Positions 18,021 to 27,203 of a DNA stretch of 64,000 nucleotides are shown piece by piece. The DNA comes from Acidimicrobiales bacterium (GTDB lineage: Bacteria; Actinomycetota; Acidimicrobiia; Acidimicrobiales; RAAP-2). Numbering within the stretch: position 1 is the stretch's first letter; each line of letters starts with the position of its first letter. The position numbers and the translations under genes were made by a program. The DNA lies in contig DATATM010000010.1 of the NCBI GenBank assembly GCA_036268775.1, positions 31,951 through 95,950 of the forward strand, in the 5' to 3' direction. The notes under the pieces were generated by a model. That model ran no database searches. It was not told the DNA's origin and was given only the letters and a program-made list of their open reading frames with translations.

Positions 18021-18761
18021 TCAGCCCTTGTTGGCTCCGTGAGCTCGGACGAAATCGTTGACCGCGTAGTAGGCGTCGATCGACTCGCCGGCGTCGCCCC
18101 AAAATCCCTCCAGGACGTCGTAGGCCATCGACCCCTCATTGATGTAGTGGTTGTTGACGTCGGTGATCTCCAACTCGCCCCGGCCCGACGGCACCAGCGA
18201 CGGGATCACGTCGAAGACGTCGGCGTCGTAGCAGTAGATCCCGGTGACTCCGAACTTGGAAGGCGGTTGGTCGGGTTTCTCCACGATGCTGGTGATACGA
18301 CCCTCCTCGAAGGTCGGCACCCCCAGGTGACGAAGGTGCTCGTCCTCCTCCACCGGGGTCAGCAGGATGCGCGCCCCCTTGGGCTCGGCCCGGAAGGCAT
18401 CCACCATCGGCTTGATCGATTGCTCGACGACATTGTCGGCCAGCATCACCAGGACCGGGTCGCCGTCGACGAACCGGGTCGCCAGCCCCAGCGCCTCGGC
18501 GATCCCCCCCGGCCTGTCCTGGTAGCCGTAGCTCAGCCGGTCGATCCCGAATTCGTAGCCGTTGCCCAGCAGGCGCAGGAATTCTCCGGCGTGGGTTCCC
18601 CCCGTCACCAGCATGATTTCGGTGATCTCGGCGTTCACTAGCGCCTCGATGCACCAGTTGATCATCGGCCGGTCGTAGATCGGGAGCAGATGCTTGTTGG
18701 TGATACGGGTCAGCGGGTGGAGGCGAGAGCCGGTACCGCCTGCGAGTATGACGCCCTTCAT
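18021..18761 (-). CDS. Sugar-phosphate nucleotidyltransferase (glucose-1-phosphate thymidylyltransferase-like, short form)
   Basis: ORF 18021..18893 trimmed to ATG 18761. MKGVILAGGTGSRLHPLT and EKP motifs. Confidence 0.88.
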   Translation of the reverse strand: MKGVILAGGTGSRLHPLTRITNKHLLPIYDRPMINWCIEALVNAEITEIMLVTGGTHAGEFLRLLGNGYEFGIDRLSYGYQDRPGGIAEALGLATRFVDGDPVLVMLADNVVEQSIKPMVDAFRAEPKGARILLTPVEEDEHLRHLGVPTFEEGRITSIVEKPDQPPSKFGVTGIYCYDADVFDVIPSLVPSGRGELEITDVNNHYINEGSMAYDVLEGFWGDAGESIDAYYAVNDFVRAHGANKG

Positions 18762-18829
18762 CCCGGGGAGCCTAACGGGGATCGGTGGGGGGCGGCCGAA
18801 GCCAGGGGGCCGACAGCGCCCACCTGGAC

Positions 18830-19798
18830 TCACTGGTCTTCGAACTCGGCCAGGAGGGCGTCGGACAGCATCGGCCAGGCGTCGATCGCCCAAGGGCCGA
18901 AGGCTCGGTCGGCCAGCCCCGCACAGGCCAACCCGGCCTCCGGATCCACCCAGAAGAACGAACCGGACTGGCCGAAATGCCCGAAAGTCCGAGGGGAGTT
19001 CAGAGTTCCGGTCCAGTGGGGCTGCTTGTGGCCACGGATCTCCACCCCGAGCCCCCAGTCACACGGATCGAACCGTCCGAAGCCGGGGAGGACACCCGCC
19101 AGCCCCGGAAAGGCCACCGAGCGGGCCAGGGCATGGGTTTCGGGGCTGATCACGGTGGGCGCCGACCACTCGGCCGTCACCGCCAGCAAGTCGCGGAGAG
19201 GACCCACCAATCCGGCGGCGGCACCCGAGTTCCCCGGCACCGAATCACCGGGACGGGGGGCGAACCCGGTGGAGGACATCCCGAGGGGCTCGAACACCGC
19301 CGCCGCCACGTAGTCATGGAATGGCATCCCCGAGTGTTCGGCGACCGCCTCCGCCAACAGCTCGTACCCGAGGTTGGAATAGATGCGCCGGGTGCCGGGC
19401 TCGGGCCCTTGACCGGGTGGGGTCGACCCGAGACCGGGGGCGACATCGGGGGCCAGACCCGAGGCATGGGCCAACAGGTGTCGGATGGTCGACCCCGGCG
19501 GGCCGGCGGCGAGATCCAGCGACAGGGTGCCTTCCTCCACCGCCACCAACACCGCCAGCGCGGTCACCGGCTTGGTGACCGATGCCCAGGCAAACGAACG
19601 GGTCTCGGGTCCGACCACCTCGACGGTCTCCGTCTTGCTGCCCGGCTCGATGCGGATGACTCCGGCGGCGCCGGCATCCACATCCCAAGTTCCGACCAGG
19701 TTCAACGCGCCCATAGGCGCCAGATGGTAGATCAGCTCATAAGACCCCGGGCCTTGGCCGATGACTACTCTGAACTCAGATGTCGCCATCCTCACCAC
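18830..19798 (-). CDS. Serine hydrolase (beta-lactamase family)
   Basis: ORF 18830..19798. SxxK motif SVTK. Start uncertain: ATG 19789 and ATG 19714 are alternatives to the annotated 19798. Confidence 0.8.
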   Translation of the reverse strand: MVRMATSEFRVVIGQGPGSYELIYHLAPMGALNLVGTWDVDAGAAGVIRIEPGSKTETVEVVGPETRSFAWASVTKPVTALAVLVAVEEGTLSLDLAAGPPGSTIRHLLAHASGLAPDVAPGLGSTPPGQGPEPGTRRIYSNLGYELLAEAVAEHSGMPFHDYVAAAVFEPLGMSSTGFAPRPGDSVPGNSGAAAGLVGPLRDLLAVTAEWSAPTVISPETHALARSVAFPGLAGVLPGFGRFDPCDWGLGVEIRGHKQPHWTGTLNSPRTFGHFGQSGSFFWVDPEAGLACAGLADRAFGPWAIDAWPMLSDALLAEFEDQ

Positions 19799-21228
19799 TC
19801 GGTGTTCGGCCTCGATACACCCTGCACCGTCGGACCCTGGCCGTGGCCTTGGCCACCCTCATGTTGATCAGCGCCGGCACTGCGGCGGCAGCCACCTGGA
19901 TCGTGCTCTCCCGACGCGCCTCGGCCACCGAGTCCTCCCCCTCGGCCCACGCCGCCGCCTCCACCCTCCCGCCTCTCCAGATACCGAACTTCGGGCTGGT
20001 GCCCTCGACTGAGCCCACCAAAGCCCATCCCACCGACACCCGGCCGGCGGCTCCGTCGGTGCTCACCCCCAAGTCACCGGGGACGCCGATCTCGACCTCG
20101 GTGACCACCACCCCCACCACCGACCCGCCGGTCACCGACGCCTTCTACCAGACCCCGGATCCCCTCATCGCCGCCCCGCCCGGCACTGTCATCCGCTCTG
20201 AGCGCATCGTCGACCAGATCGGGCTCCCCCCGTTGGCCGTCGCCTACCGCGTCCTCTACCACTCGGTCTCGGCCACCGGCGCCGACGTGGCCGTCTCCGG
20301 CACCGTGGTCATCCCCGGACAACCGTCACCGGCAGGGGGTTACCCGATCGCCACTTGGGCTCACGCTACCGACGGCTTGGCCGACCAGTGTGCTCCTTCT
20401 CTGGCCGGAGCGCAGACGGTGCCGTATCTGGCCCAGCTGCTCGATGAGGGCTTGATCGTGGCCGCCACCGACTACCAAGGGCTCGGCACCCAGGGGATCC
20501 CCGCCTACCTGGTCGGCCAAAGTGAGGGTAACGCCGTGCTGGACGCCGCCCGGGCCGCCCGGAACCTGGTTGACGGGGCGGCCTCGGACTCGGTGATCAT
20601 CTTCGGCCACTCCCAGGGCGGACAAGCCGCCCTGTTCGCCGGCCAGATCTCCGATACCTACGCGCCCGACCTCTTCGTGGTGGGCGTGGTGGCGGCCGCG
20701 CCAGTCTCCAACGTCGCCGAGTTCGCCCCGACGGTGCCGGGGGGCAATGCCGATCCGCTGTCGACCTATGCGGTCATGGCCTTCTATGCCTGGTCCCTCA
20801 TCTACGGGGACCTTCCCCTCGACACCATCTTCACGCCATCGGCCATCTCCAGCGCCGCCACCCTCGAACAGGTGTGCAGTGACCAGGTGGCCGCCACCTA
20901 CGCCCACCTACCCACCAATCAGATCTTCGTTCCCACCTGGAAGGACGGCGCCGCGATCCAGACTCATCTGACCCAGAACGAGCCGGGAATGGCCCACACC
21001 TCGGCGCCGATCCTGGTGGTGCAGGGCACGGACGACGCGATCATCCCTTACGCCACGACGACCACACTGGTCAACCAACGGCTCTGCCGCACCCAGCACG
21101 ACACGGTGGACTACGAAGCCTTCAAGGGAGCCAACCACGGAACGGTGGTAGCCGTGGCCCAATCCGATGTGCTCCAGTGGATCGCCGCCCGGTTTGCCGG
21201 TCAGCCGGCTCCCAACAGCTGCGGTTGA
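19780..21228 (+). CDS. Secreted lipase / alpha-beta hydrolase (LIP family-like)
   Basis: ORF 19780..21228. N-terminal signal/anchor LAVALATLMLISAGTAAAA, nucleophile elbow GHSQGG, Thr/Pro-rich linker. Confidence 0.8.
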   Translation: MSPSSPLGVRPRYTLHRRTLAVALATLMLISAGTAAAATWIVLSRRASATESSPSAHAAASTLPPLQIPNFGLVPSTEPTKAHPTDTRPAAPSVLTPKSPGTPISTSVTTTPTTDPPVTDAFYQTPDPLIAAPPGTVIRSERIVDQIGLPPLAVAYRVLYHSVSATGADVAVSGTVVIPGQPSPAGGYPIATWAHATDGLADQCAPSLAGAQTVPYLAQLLDEGLIVAATDYQGLGTQGIPAYLVGQSEGNAVLDAARAARNLVDGAASDSVIIFGHSQGGQAALFAGQISDTYAPDLFVVGVVAAAPVSNVAEFAPTVPGGNADPLSTYAVMAFYAWSLIYGDLPLDTIFTPSAISSAATLEQVCSDQVAATYAHLPTNQIFVPTWKDGAAIQTHLTQNEPGMAHTSAPILVVQGTDDAIIPYATTTTLVNQRLCRTQHDTVDYEAFKGANHGTVVAVAQSDVLQWIAARFAGQPAPNSCG

Positions 21229-21260
21229 GGATAGGACCACTCAGCCCAGCCGGAAGGATC

Positions 21261-21287
21261 GCGAACCTTTTTCCCCGCCTCAGCGTC
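21261..21287 (+). promoter_or_regulatory. Candidate ECF-type autoregulatory promoter
   Basis: GCGAAC (21261-21266), a 17-nt spacer, then CGTC (21284-21287), about 47 nt upstream of the sigma-factor GTG. Resembles the GAAC...CGTC ECF promoter pattern. Confidence 0.35.
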
Positions 21288-21333
21288 ACTATGTAGGCAA
21301 GCCGATGATCTGGGGGACGAAAGGTCGTGTGGG

Positions 21334-21864
21334 GTGGCTGATCTGGAGACATGGCTGGAAGAGGGGTACCAACGCTCCTTCCGCACCGCCTGTCTGATCC
21401 TCGGCAACCGGTCCGACGCCGAAGAGGCAGTCCAGGAGGCATTCTTGCGGGCTTGGAAGTTCCGGGCCTCGCTGGCATCGGGGAGCGACTTCAAGCCGTG
21501 GCTCTACCGGGTGGTCGTCAACACCTGCAACTCGAAGCTCCGCCAGGAAATCCCCCACCGGGACCGGCGATCGGGCGAGGATGACCTCGCCGGCCTTTCC
21601 TCCATCGATGATGCCCCTGGCAACATCGCCGTGTCGCAGGACATCGTCAGGGCGCTCGGCGACTTGCCCGTCCACCTCCGGGTAGTGGTCGTGCTGCGCT
21701 ACTACGCCGATCTCACCGAGCGGGAGATCGCCACCGCCATCGGGCGGCGCCCGGGAACGGTGAAGTCGCGGCTGCACGAGGCGCGAAGGCAACTGGCCGA
21801 ACATCCGGCCCTGAGGTCGGAGACCCATGGTCAACCCGCAACGGTTTCGGAGGTAGTCCGGTGA
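21334..21864 (+). CDS. ECF (sigma-70 family) RNA polymerase sigma factor
   Basis: ORF 21334..21864. Region 2 (AEEAVQEAFLRAWKF, FKPWLYRVVVN) and region 4 (YYADLTEREIATAIGRRPGTVKSRLHEAR). Confidence 0.92.
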   Translation: MADLETWLEEGYQRSFRTACLILGNRSDAEEAVQEAFLRAWKFRASLASGSDFKPWLYRVVVNTCNSKLRQEIPHRDRRSGEDDLAGLSSIDDAPGNIAVSQDIVRALGDLPVHLRVVVVLRYYADLTEREIATAIGRRPGTVKSRLHEARRQLAEHPALRSETHGQPATVSEVVR

Positions 21865-22970
21865 CGATGATCGACGAGGACATGCTCTATGAAGCCCTCC
21901 GGGAGGCGGCGGATGCGATCGAGATTCCCGAGGGAGCCACCCCGCGCATTCTGGCCGCGGCCCAGACGCCCGCCCCCCAGAGCCATCCCCATCGTCCCCA
22001 ACGGGTCATCCCCCAGGGGAAGCGGGGTCGGGTAGCTCTCATCGCGGCGGCCGTCATCGTGGTCGCCGGCGGGATCAGCTTCCCGCTCCTCTCCGGCACC
22101 GACGCCTCCAAAACCATTGCCGCGTCAACCTTCCATGGCTCCGCATCAACCGGAGCCGGCGGTCCCCAACAGGCGTTCACCCCCGCCCCGGCCGCCGGAT
22201 CCGCCGGAGTGGCCGGCGGTGCCCCATCGGCGGCACCCGCTTCCCCTGCCACGCCGTCCCTTCCGCCCGGCTCGGTCGGCCAGTCGGCCAAAGTGGTGGC
22301 CAAGGGATCGGTGAACCTGACGATCGGCAACGGCACCCTGCAGTCGGCGCTGGCCAAACTCACCAATCTGGTCGCCGCCGACGGTGGGTTCGTCGCCAGC
22401 ACCCAGGCTCAGATTGGCCCCGGGACGTCGAGCAATTCCTCTTCGGGGACCGTCGTGCTCCAGGTTCCCCAACCCGCCTTCGCCTCCCTGGTCTCACAGG
22501 TGCAGAAGGTCGGCCATGCCAGTTCGGTGACCACCACTTCCACCGATGTCACCGGACAGGTGGTGGATCTCCAGGCCCGGATCGACGCGCTGCAAGCCAG
22601 TCGCCAGCAGTACCTGACCATCTTGTCGAAGGCATCGACCATCGGGGACATCCTGGCCGTCCAGAGTCAGCTCGATTCCCTCCAGACGCAGATCGAACAG
22701 CTCCAGGGCCAACTCGATGTCCTCAACAGCGAGACCACCTACGGCACCCTGACCGTATCGCTCACCGAGACCGGGCAACGACCGGTGGCGCCGCCGACGC
22801 CGAGCACGGGGCTCATCAAGGCGTGGCACGACGGGATCGGCGGCTTCGTCTCGGGGTTCGAGTGGCTCGTCCGGATTGCCGGCCCGGCCCTCTTCGTCTT
22901 GCTCTGCCTAGCCGCCCTGGTCGTGCTGGGCCGGTTTGGATGGCGAGCCGTCCGCCGACGGATGCTCTGA
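21861..22970 (+). CDS. Putative anti-sigma factor with DUF4349 domain
   Basis: ORF 21861..22970. The GTG overlaps the sigma-factor stop (GTGA). One TM segment after about 60 aa. DUF4349-like body (VDLQARIDALQ...QLDSLQTQIEQLQGQLDVLN...TYGTLTVSLTE) and a C-terminal TM segment. Confidence 0.85.
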   Translation: MTMIDEDMLYEALREAADAIEIPEGATPRILAAAQTPAPQSHPHRPQRVIPQGKRGRVALIAAAVIVVAGGISFPLLSGTDASKTIAASTFHGSASTGAGGPQQAFTPAPAAGSAGVAGGAPSAAPASPATPSLPPGSVGQSAKVVAKGSVNLTIGNGTLQSALAKLTNLVAADGGFVASTQAQIGPGTSSNSSSGTVVLQVPQPAFASLVSQVQKVGHASSVTTTSTDVTGQVVDLQARIDALQASRQQYLTILSKASTIGDILAVQSQLDSLQTQIEQLQGQLDVLNSETTYGTLTVSLTETGQRPVAPPTPSTGLIKAWHDGIGGFVSGFEWLVRIAGPALFVLLCLAALVVLGRFGWRAVRRRML

Positions 22971-22978
22971 TTGGGGAA

Positions 22979-23014
22979 TCAGGTCAGACGTCGAGGACGT
23001 GCCGGACGACCAAC
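22979..23014. repeat. Direct repeat copy 1 (remnant-like copy of the ftsX 3' terminus)
   Basis: TCAGGTCAGACGTCGAGGACGTGCCGGACGACCAAC matches 24172-24207 at 32 of 36 positions. It would encode ...VRHVLDV-stop on the minus strand, versus the FtsX C-terminus ...VRRFLDV-stop. Confidence 0.8.
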
Positions 23015-23121
23015 TCCAATCGGCTTGAACCCGTCGTCGGCGTTGTCAACCAAAGTGGGCTCCCGAACGTGAAGAGCTACAGACAAAGCCCGCCAGATGG
23101 TCTCCGACGACGGGATTAAAC

Positions 23122-24105
23122 GTGGCATTGACTCGGATGTTCAATCGAATGGCGGTGTACGCCACCCTGACAGGTGTGGCCCTACTCGCCATGGCTTGTA
23201 CTCAATCCACAATCGCCAAGAGCACGCCACCCGCAGTGGGCCGACCGGTCGTCGACCTGTCCGCAACCCCACCAGGATGGCTGCCGGTGGATCTCGGCAA
23301 TGCTCAGATCTCCGTTCCACCCTCCTGGGGACTTGTCACCGACGGTAACTCAGGGTGCGGAACCGAAATCGGCGCGGTCGTACTTGGAGATGGTCGCTGG
23401 TGCCCTTTAGGCCTGGTCTCTCCGACGCCGTCCGAAGCATCGATCGCCTATCTCCATACCGTCTCGTCACCGATGGTCACCAGCGAGGGCCCGCGGTCCA
23501 TGATCAACGGAATCCCCACCTATACCCCCAGTGTGGCGCCGGTTATCGACATCCCCGCCCTCCAAGCCACTCTTTCCTTCGAGGGGAGCCCCCCTCCTCA
23601 GGTGTTAAACAGCCTCACCTTCTCGCCACGGTCGGTGGTGCTTTCTGGAGCCCGCTCCCCGTCCGTGCCCCGTTCCTGGCGTCAGCTCTCGTTCGCAGGC
23701 CTCCGGTTTGCTGTCCCCGCGAGTTGGAAGGTGACCTACCCGGCTTACGCTTTCACCTGCGGATCAAATGTTGTTCTGCCGGAGCCGGGGGTCACGCTGG
23801 CTTATGGACCTCCACTTCCCGGCTCGTGTCCGCCGGGAGAATCCGAGGTGCGTCCAGTGCCCCAAGTACCCGGCGTCGAAGTCGATGACTTCCCGATTCC
23901 GGGAGAATCAGACAGCGGATCGTCGTGCACCGGTCCCACGAGAATCGGCTCCCTACACCTCTGCATCGAGAAGACGCCGGCCTATGGGGTTCTCGTCGCC
24001 CAGGTGCGATCAGCGAATCGACCTCCGGTCACGATTCGGATCGGCCTCACCACGAGTGGTGCAACCGCCAAGACGATCCTGTACTCGCTCCGGTCGACAA
24101 ACTGA
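23122..24105 (+). CDS. Probable secreted protein or lipoprotein, hypothetical
   Basis: ORF 23122..24105. Signal-like N-terminus with ALLAMAC. Internal two-fold motif (ISVPPSWGLVT / FAVPASWKVTY). Lower GC than its flanks by spot count. Confidence 0.7.
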   Translation: MALTRMFNRMAVYATLTGVALLAMACTQSTIAKSTPPAVGRPVVDLSATPPGWLPVDLGNAQISVPPSWGLVTDGNSGCGTEIGAVVLGDGRWCPLGLVSPTPSEASIAYLHTVSSPMVTSEGPRSMINGIPTYTPSVAPVIDIPALQATLSFEGSPPPQVLNSLTFSPRSVVLSGARSPSVPRSWRQLSFAGLRFAVPASWKVTYPAYAFTCGSNVVLPEPGVTLAYGPPLPGSCPPGESEVRPVPQVPGVEVDDFPIPGESDSGSSCTGPTRIGSLHLCIEKTPAYGVLVAQVRSANRPPVTIRIGLTTSGATAKTILYSLRSTN

Positions 24106-24171
24106 TCGACCCCGAACTGACCGAGTGCGAACGGCCGCGATGGGCTTCAACCGCCGCGCATACCGCGCTCG

Positions 24172-24207
24172 TCAGGTCAGACGTCGAGGAAGCGCCGGAC
24201 AGCCAAC
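24172..24207. repeat. Direct repeat copy 2 (authentic ftsX 3' end)
   Basis: TCAGGTCAGACGTCGAGGAAGCGCCGGACAGCCAAC. Includes the ftsX stop codon (24177-24179) and its last codons. Confidence 0.8.
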
Positions 24208-25070
24208 GCCGATCCGGCGACCCCCACCACGATGCCCACCAACGCCACCAGGATGCAGGTGGCCGCCACTTCCCAGGCTCCCATCGACATCTGGGCGATC
24301 AAATTGCTCTGGTTGGCCACCGTCTTGGTGGTGTTGAGTCCGATCCCCCAGTAGAGGCTGAGGACGACGATGACAGCGACGGCCGAGCCCAGTAGTCCCT
24401 GGATGAGTCCTTCCACCATGAACGGAAGCCGGATGAACCAGTTGGTGGCGCCGACCAGCTTCATCACCGACACCTCGCGCCGACGGGCGAAGATGGCCAT
24501 CCGGATGGTGTTGAGGATGAGCACCGACGCCGAGAGCAGCAGCACCACCGCCACCGACAGGAAGACCCACTGGAGAATATGGATGACGCTCTGCATGGTT
24601 CTGATCTGGGCCGTCGGTGACGACGGGGTCCCGAAGATGCCAGGCTTGCCGGCGAACTGTTGCGACACCGCGGTGGCATCCGACGGGTTGGCGAGCACGC
24701 AGGCGTAGGACGACGGGTAATCGGACTGGGTGGTGGCGTTGAACTCATCGGCCGCCACCGTCCGACGGGCCTCGTTGTAGTCGTACGCCTGGGACCGCGG
24801 AATACAGCTCTTGACCAGGGGGTTTTGTCCGAGTTGGACGCCGATGGCCTTGTACTGGGCGGCGGGGGCGTTGGGGTTGACCCAGACCCGGATGTTCACC
24901 CCGTTCTGCCATTGGGCGGTGGCGTTGGTAGCCCCCTGCTTCAACAGCAGGGCCGAGCCCACCAGCGCCAGTGACACCGCCACGGTGAGCACCGCGGCAA
25001 TGGTCATCAAACGGTTGCGCCAAAGGTTGGTGGTCGCCTCCCGCGTGACATATCCGGCGGAAACCGGCAT
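24177..25070 (-). CDS. ftsX: Cell division permease FtsX
   Basis: ORF 24177..25070. The start overlaps the ftsE stop (ATGA). N-terminal REATTNLWRNRLMT and four TM segments. Confidence 0.92.
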   Translation of the reverse strand: MPVSAGYVTREATTNLWRNRLMTIAAVLTVAVSLALVGSALLLKQGATNATAQWQNGVNIRVWVNPNAPAAQYKAIGVQLGQNPLVKSCIPRSQAYDYNEARRTVAADEFNATTQSDYPSSYACVLANPSDATAVSQQFAGKPGIFGTPSSPTAQIRTMQSVIHILQWVFLSVAVVLLLSASVLILNTIRMAIFARRREVSVMKLVGATNWFIRLPFMVEGLIQGLLGSAVAVIVVLSLYWGIGLNTTKTVANQSNLIAQMSMGAWEVAATCILVALVGIVVGVAGSALAVRRFLDV

Positions 25071-25900
25071 CAGCGGCCCGCGTTGCGGCGGCGGAGACCG
25101 TCACGCGATCGGGGGGCACCTCCATTGCGGGCCGCCGACCGGGCGACCGGGGCGGGGGCCGGTGCCGTCTCCACCATGGTCCCGGTGGGCGATCCGGCGC
25201 CGGCCGCGGCCACCGCACTGTCGAGGCCGTAGACGCCACGGGCCTGGTCCCGCACCTTGGTCCCGTGGTCGAGCTCAACGACCCGCCGGCGCATCTGGTC
25301 GACCATGCCGGCGTCGTGGGTGGCGACCACCACCGTGGTCCCGGTCCGGTTGATCCGGTCGAGAAGCCGCATGATGCCGAGGCTGGTGGTCGGGTCGAGG
25401 TTCCCGGTGGGCTCGTCGGCCAGCAAGATCAGCGGCCGGTTCACGAACGCCCGGGCCACCGCCACCCGCTGTTGCTCACCGCCGGAGAGTTCGCCGGGAA
25501 GGTTCCCGCTCTTCTTGGTGAGACCGACCAGATCCAGCACCTGGGGGACCTGCGAGGCGATCACGTGCTTAGGTCGCCCGATGACCTCCAGGGCGAAAGC
25601 GACGTTCTCGAACACCGTCCGGTTGGGAAGCAGCCGGAAGTCCTGGAAGACGCAGCCGATGTTGCGTCGCAGATACGGCACCCGCCACTTCGACAGGTGC
25701 CCGATCTCCTTGCCCGCTTCCCAGATGCGGCCCGACGTCGGAATCTCTTCTCGAAGCAGCAGCCGGATGAAGGTGGTCTTGCCGGAACCGGAGGGGCCGA
25801 CCAGGAAGACGAATTCTCCCTTGTCGATTTCGATCGAGCAGTCCCGGAGTGCGACTGTGGATCCTTTGTAGGTTTTGGTGACGTTCTGGAACGTGATCAT
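25070..25900 (-). CDS. ftsE: Cell division ATP-binding protein FtsE (with about 50-aa Ala/Pro/Arg-rich C-terminal extension)
   Basis: ORF 25070..25900. Walker [10 protein letters not shown], signature LSGGEQQR, Walker B ILLADEPT. Confidence 0.93.
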   Translation of the reverse strand: MITFQNVTKTYKGSTVALRDCSIEIDKGEFVFLVGPSGSGKTTFIRLLLREEIPTSGRIWEAGKEIGHLSKWRVPYLRRNIGCVFQDFRLLPNRTVFENVAFALEVIGRPKHVIASQVPQVLDLVGLTKKSGNLPGELSGGEQQRVAVARAFVNRPLILLADEPTGNLDPTTSLGIMRLLDRINRTGTTVVVATHDAGMVDQMRRRVVELDHGTKVRDQARGVYGLDSAVAAAGAGSPTGTMVETAPAPAPVARSAARNGGAPRSRDGLRRRNAGR

Positions 25901-26041
25901 AAGGGAGAGGTTTACGTCGAAGCTGGAGTCAGTCGCAAAGGGTGCGATGGGTCCGGAGTAGTTTACCGATTTAGTGGCTCCAGCTGGTGTAGGCCCTCTG
26001 ACCTCCCCTGACGTGCGCTTCCGTAGGGGATTTCGGCGCTC

Positions 26042-27202
26042 TTACCCCTGGTTGCGGCGCAGGTCGGCCTGGCGCCGAAGCTCCGCCTCCATGAAGGCAT
26101 CGAGATCGCCGTCCAGCACCGCTTCCACGTTGCCGGTCTCCTCGTTGTTGCGGAGATCCTTGACCAGTTGATAGGGAGCCAGGACGTAGGAGCGGATCTG
26201 GTTTCCCCAGGCATTGTCGGTCCGGTCGCCGGACAGCGAGTCGAGATTGGCTTGGTGCTCGGCCCGCTGCCGGTCGGCGAGCTTGGCCCCCAGCACCTGC
26301 ATGGCCTTGGCCTTGTTCTGGTGCTGGCTCCGCTGGTTCTGGCTCGACACCACGATGCCGGTGGGGAGGTGGGTGAGTCGCACCGCCGAGTCGGTCTTGT
26401 TCACGTGCTGGCCACCGGCACCTGACGAGCGGTAGGTGTCGATGCGGAGATCCTTCTCATCGATCTCGACTTCGTCGGAGACGTCCTCGATGAACGGCAC
26501 CACATCCAATGACGCGAAGCTGGTCTGCCGGCGGTGTTGGGCATCGAACGGCGAGATCCGCACCAGCCGGTGCACGCCCCGCTCCACCGACAGCAGGCCG
26601 AACGCGTACCTGCCCTTCACGATGAAGGTGGCCGACAGCAGCCCGGCCTCTTGCCCGGGGGTCGCCTCCTCCACCTCGATCTCGAAGCCACGCCGCTCGG
26701 CCCAGCGGGTGTACATCCGCAGCATCATCTCCGCCCAGTCCTGGGCGTCGGTGCCGCCGGCGCCGGCATGGATCTCCGCCACCGCGTCGCCATCGTCGTA
26801 GTCCCCGGCGAACAGCGCCCGCAATTCCAAGGCCCCCAACCGGCGGTCCAGATCGGCCAGGGCCTCTTCGACTTCGCCCCGCAAGGAGTCGTCGCCTTCC
26901 TCCTCGTTCATCTCGAAGAGGGTCTCGGCGTCGGAGAGTCGCTCGGCCAGGGCCGCCAACATGTCGATGTCCTCGCCGACCCGGCCCAACTCGGTGGTCA
27001 CCCGGCGGGCGTTGTCGGCGTCATCCCACAGACCCGGAGCCGAGGCTTCGGCTTCCAACTCCGCCCGTCGCTTCTCCAGGTGATCAAGCCCCAGGAAGTG
27101 CTCGGCTTCCCGCAGACGGTCGGTGGTGGTGGCGATGGCCGCCCGGATGTCGACGCGATCAGGTTCTCCGCCCCCCCGCCGGGGGGGCTCGGCCGCCGCC
27201 AC
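26042..27202 (-). CDS. prfB: Peptide chain release factor 2
   Basis: ORF 26042..27247. I prefer GTG 27202, which lies 1 nt after the secA stop. SPF and GGQ motifs are present. The frame is continuous, with no programmed frameshift site. Confidence 0.9.
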   Translation of the reverse strand: MAAAEPPRRGGGEPDRVDIRAAIATTTDRLREAEHFLGLDHLEKRRAELEAEASAPGLWDDADNARRVTTELGRVGEDIDMLAALAERLSDAETLFEMNEEEGDDSLRGEVEEALADLDRRLGALELRALFAGDYDDGDAVAEIHAGAGGTDAQDWAEMMLRMYTRWAERRGFEIEVEEATPGQEAGLLSATFIVKGRYAFGLLSVERGVHRLVRISPFDAQHRRQTSFASLDVVPFIEDVSDEVEIDEKDLRIDTYRSSGAGGQHVNKTDSAVRLTHLPTGIVVSSQNQRSQHQNKAKAMQVLGAKLADRQRAEHQANLDSLSGDRTDNAWGNQIRSYVLAPYQLVKDLRNNEETGNVEAVLDGDLDAFMEAELRRQADLRRNQG

Positions 27203-27203
27203 G

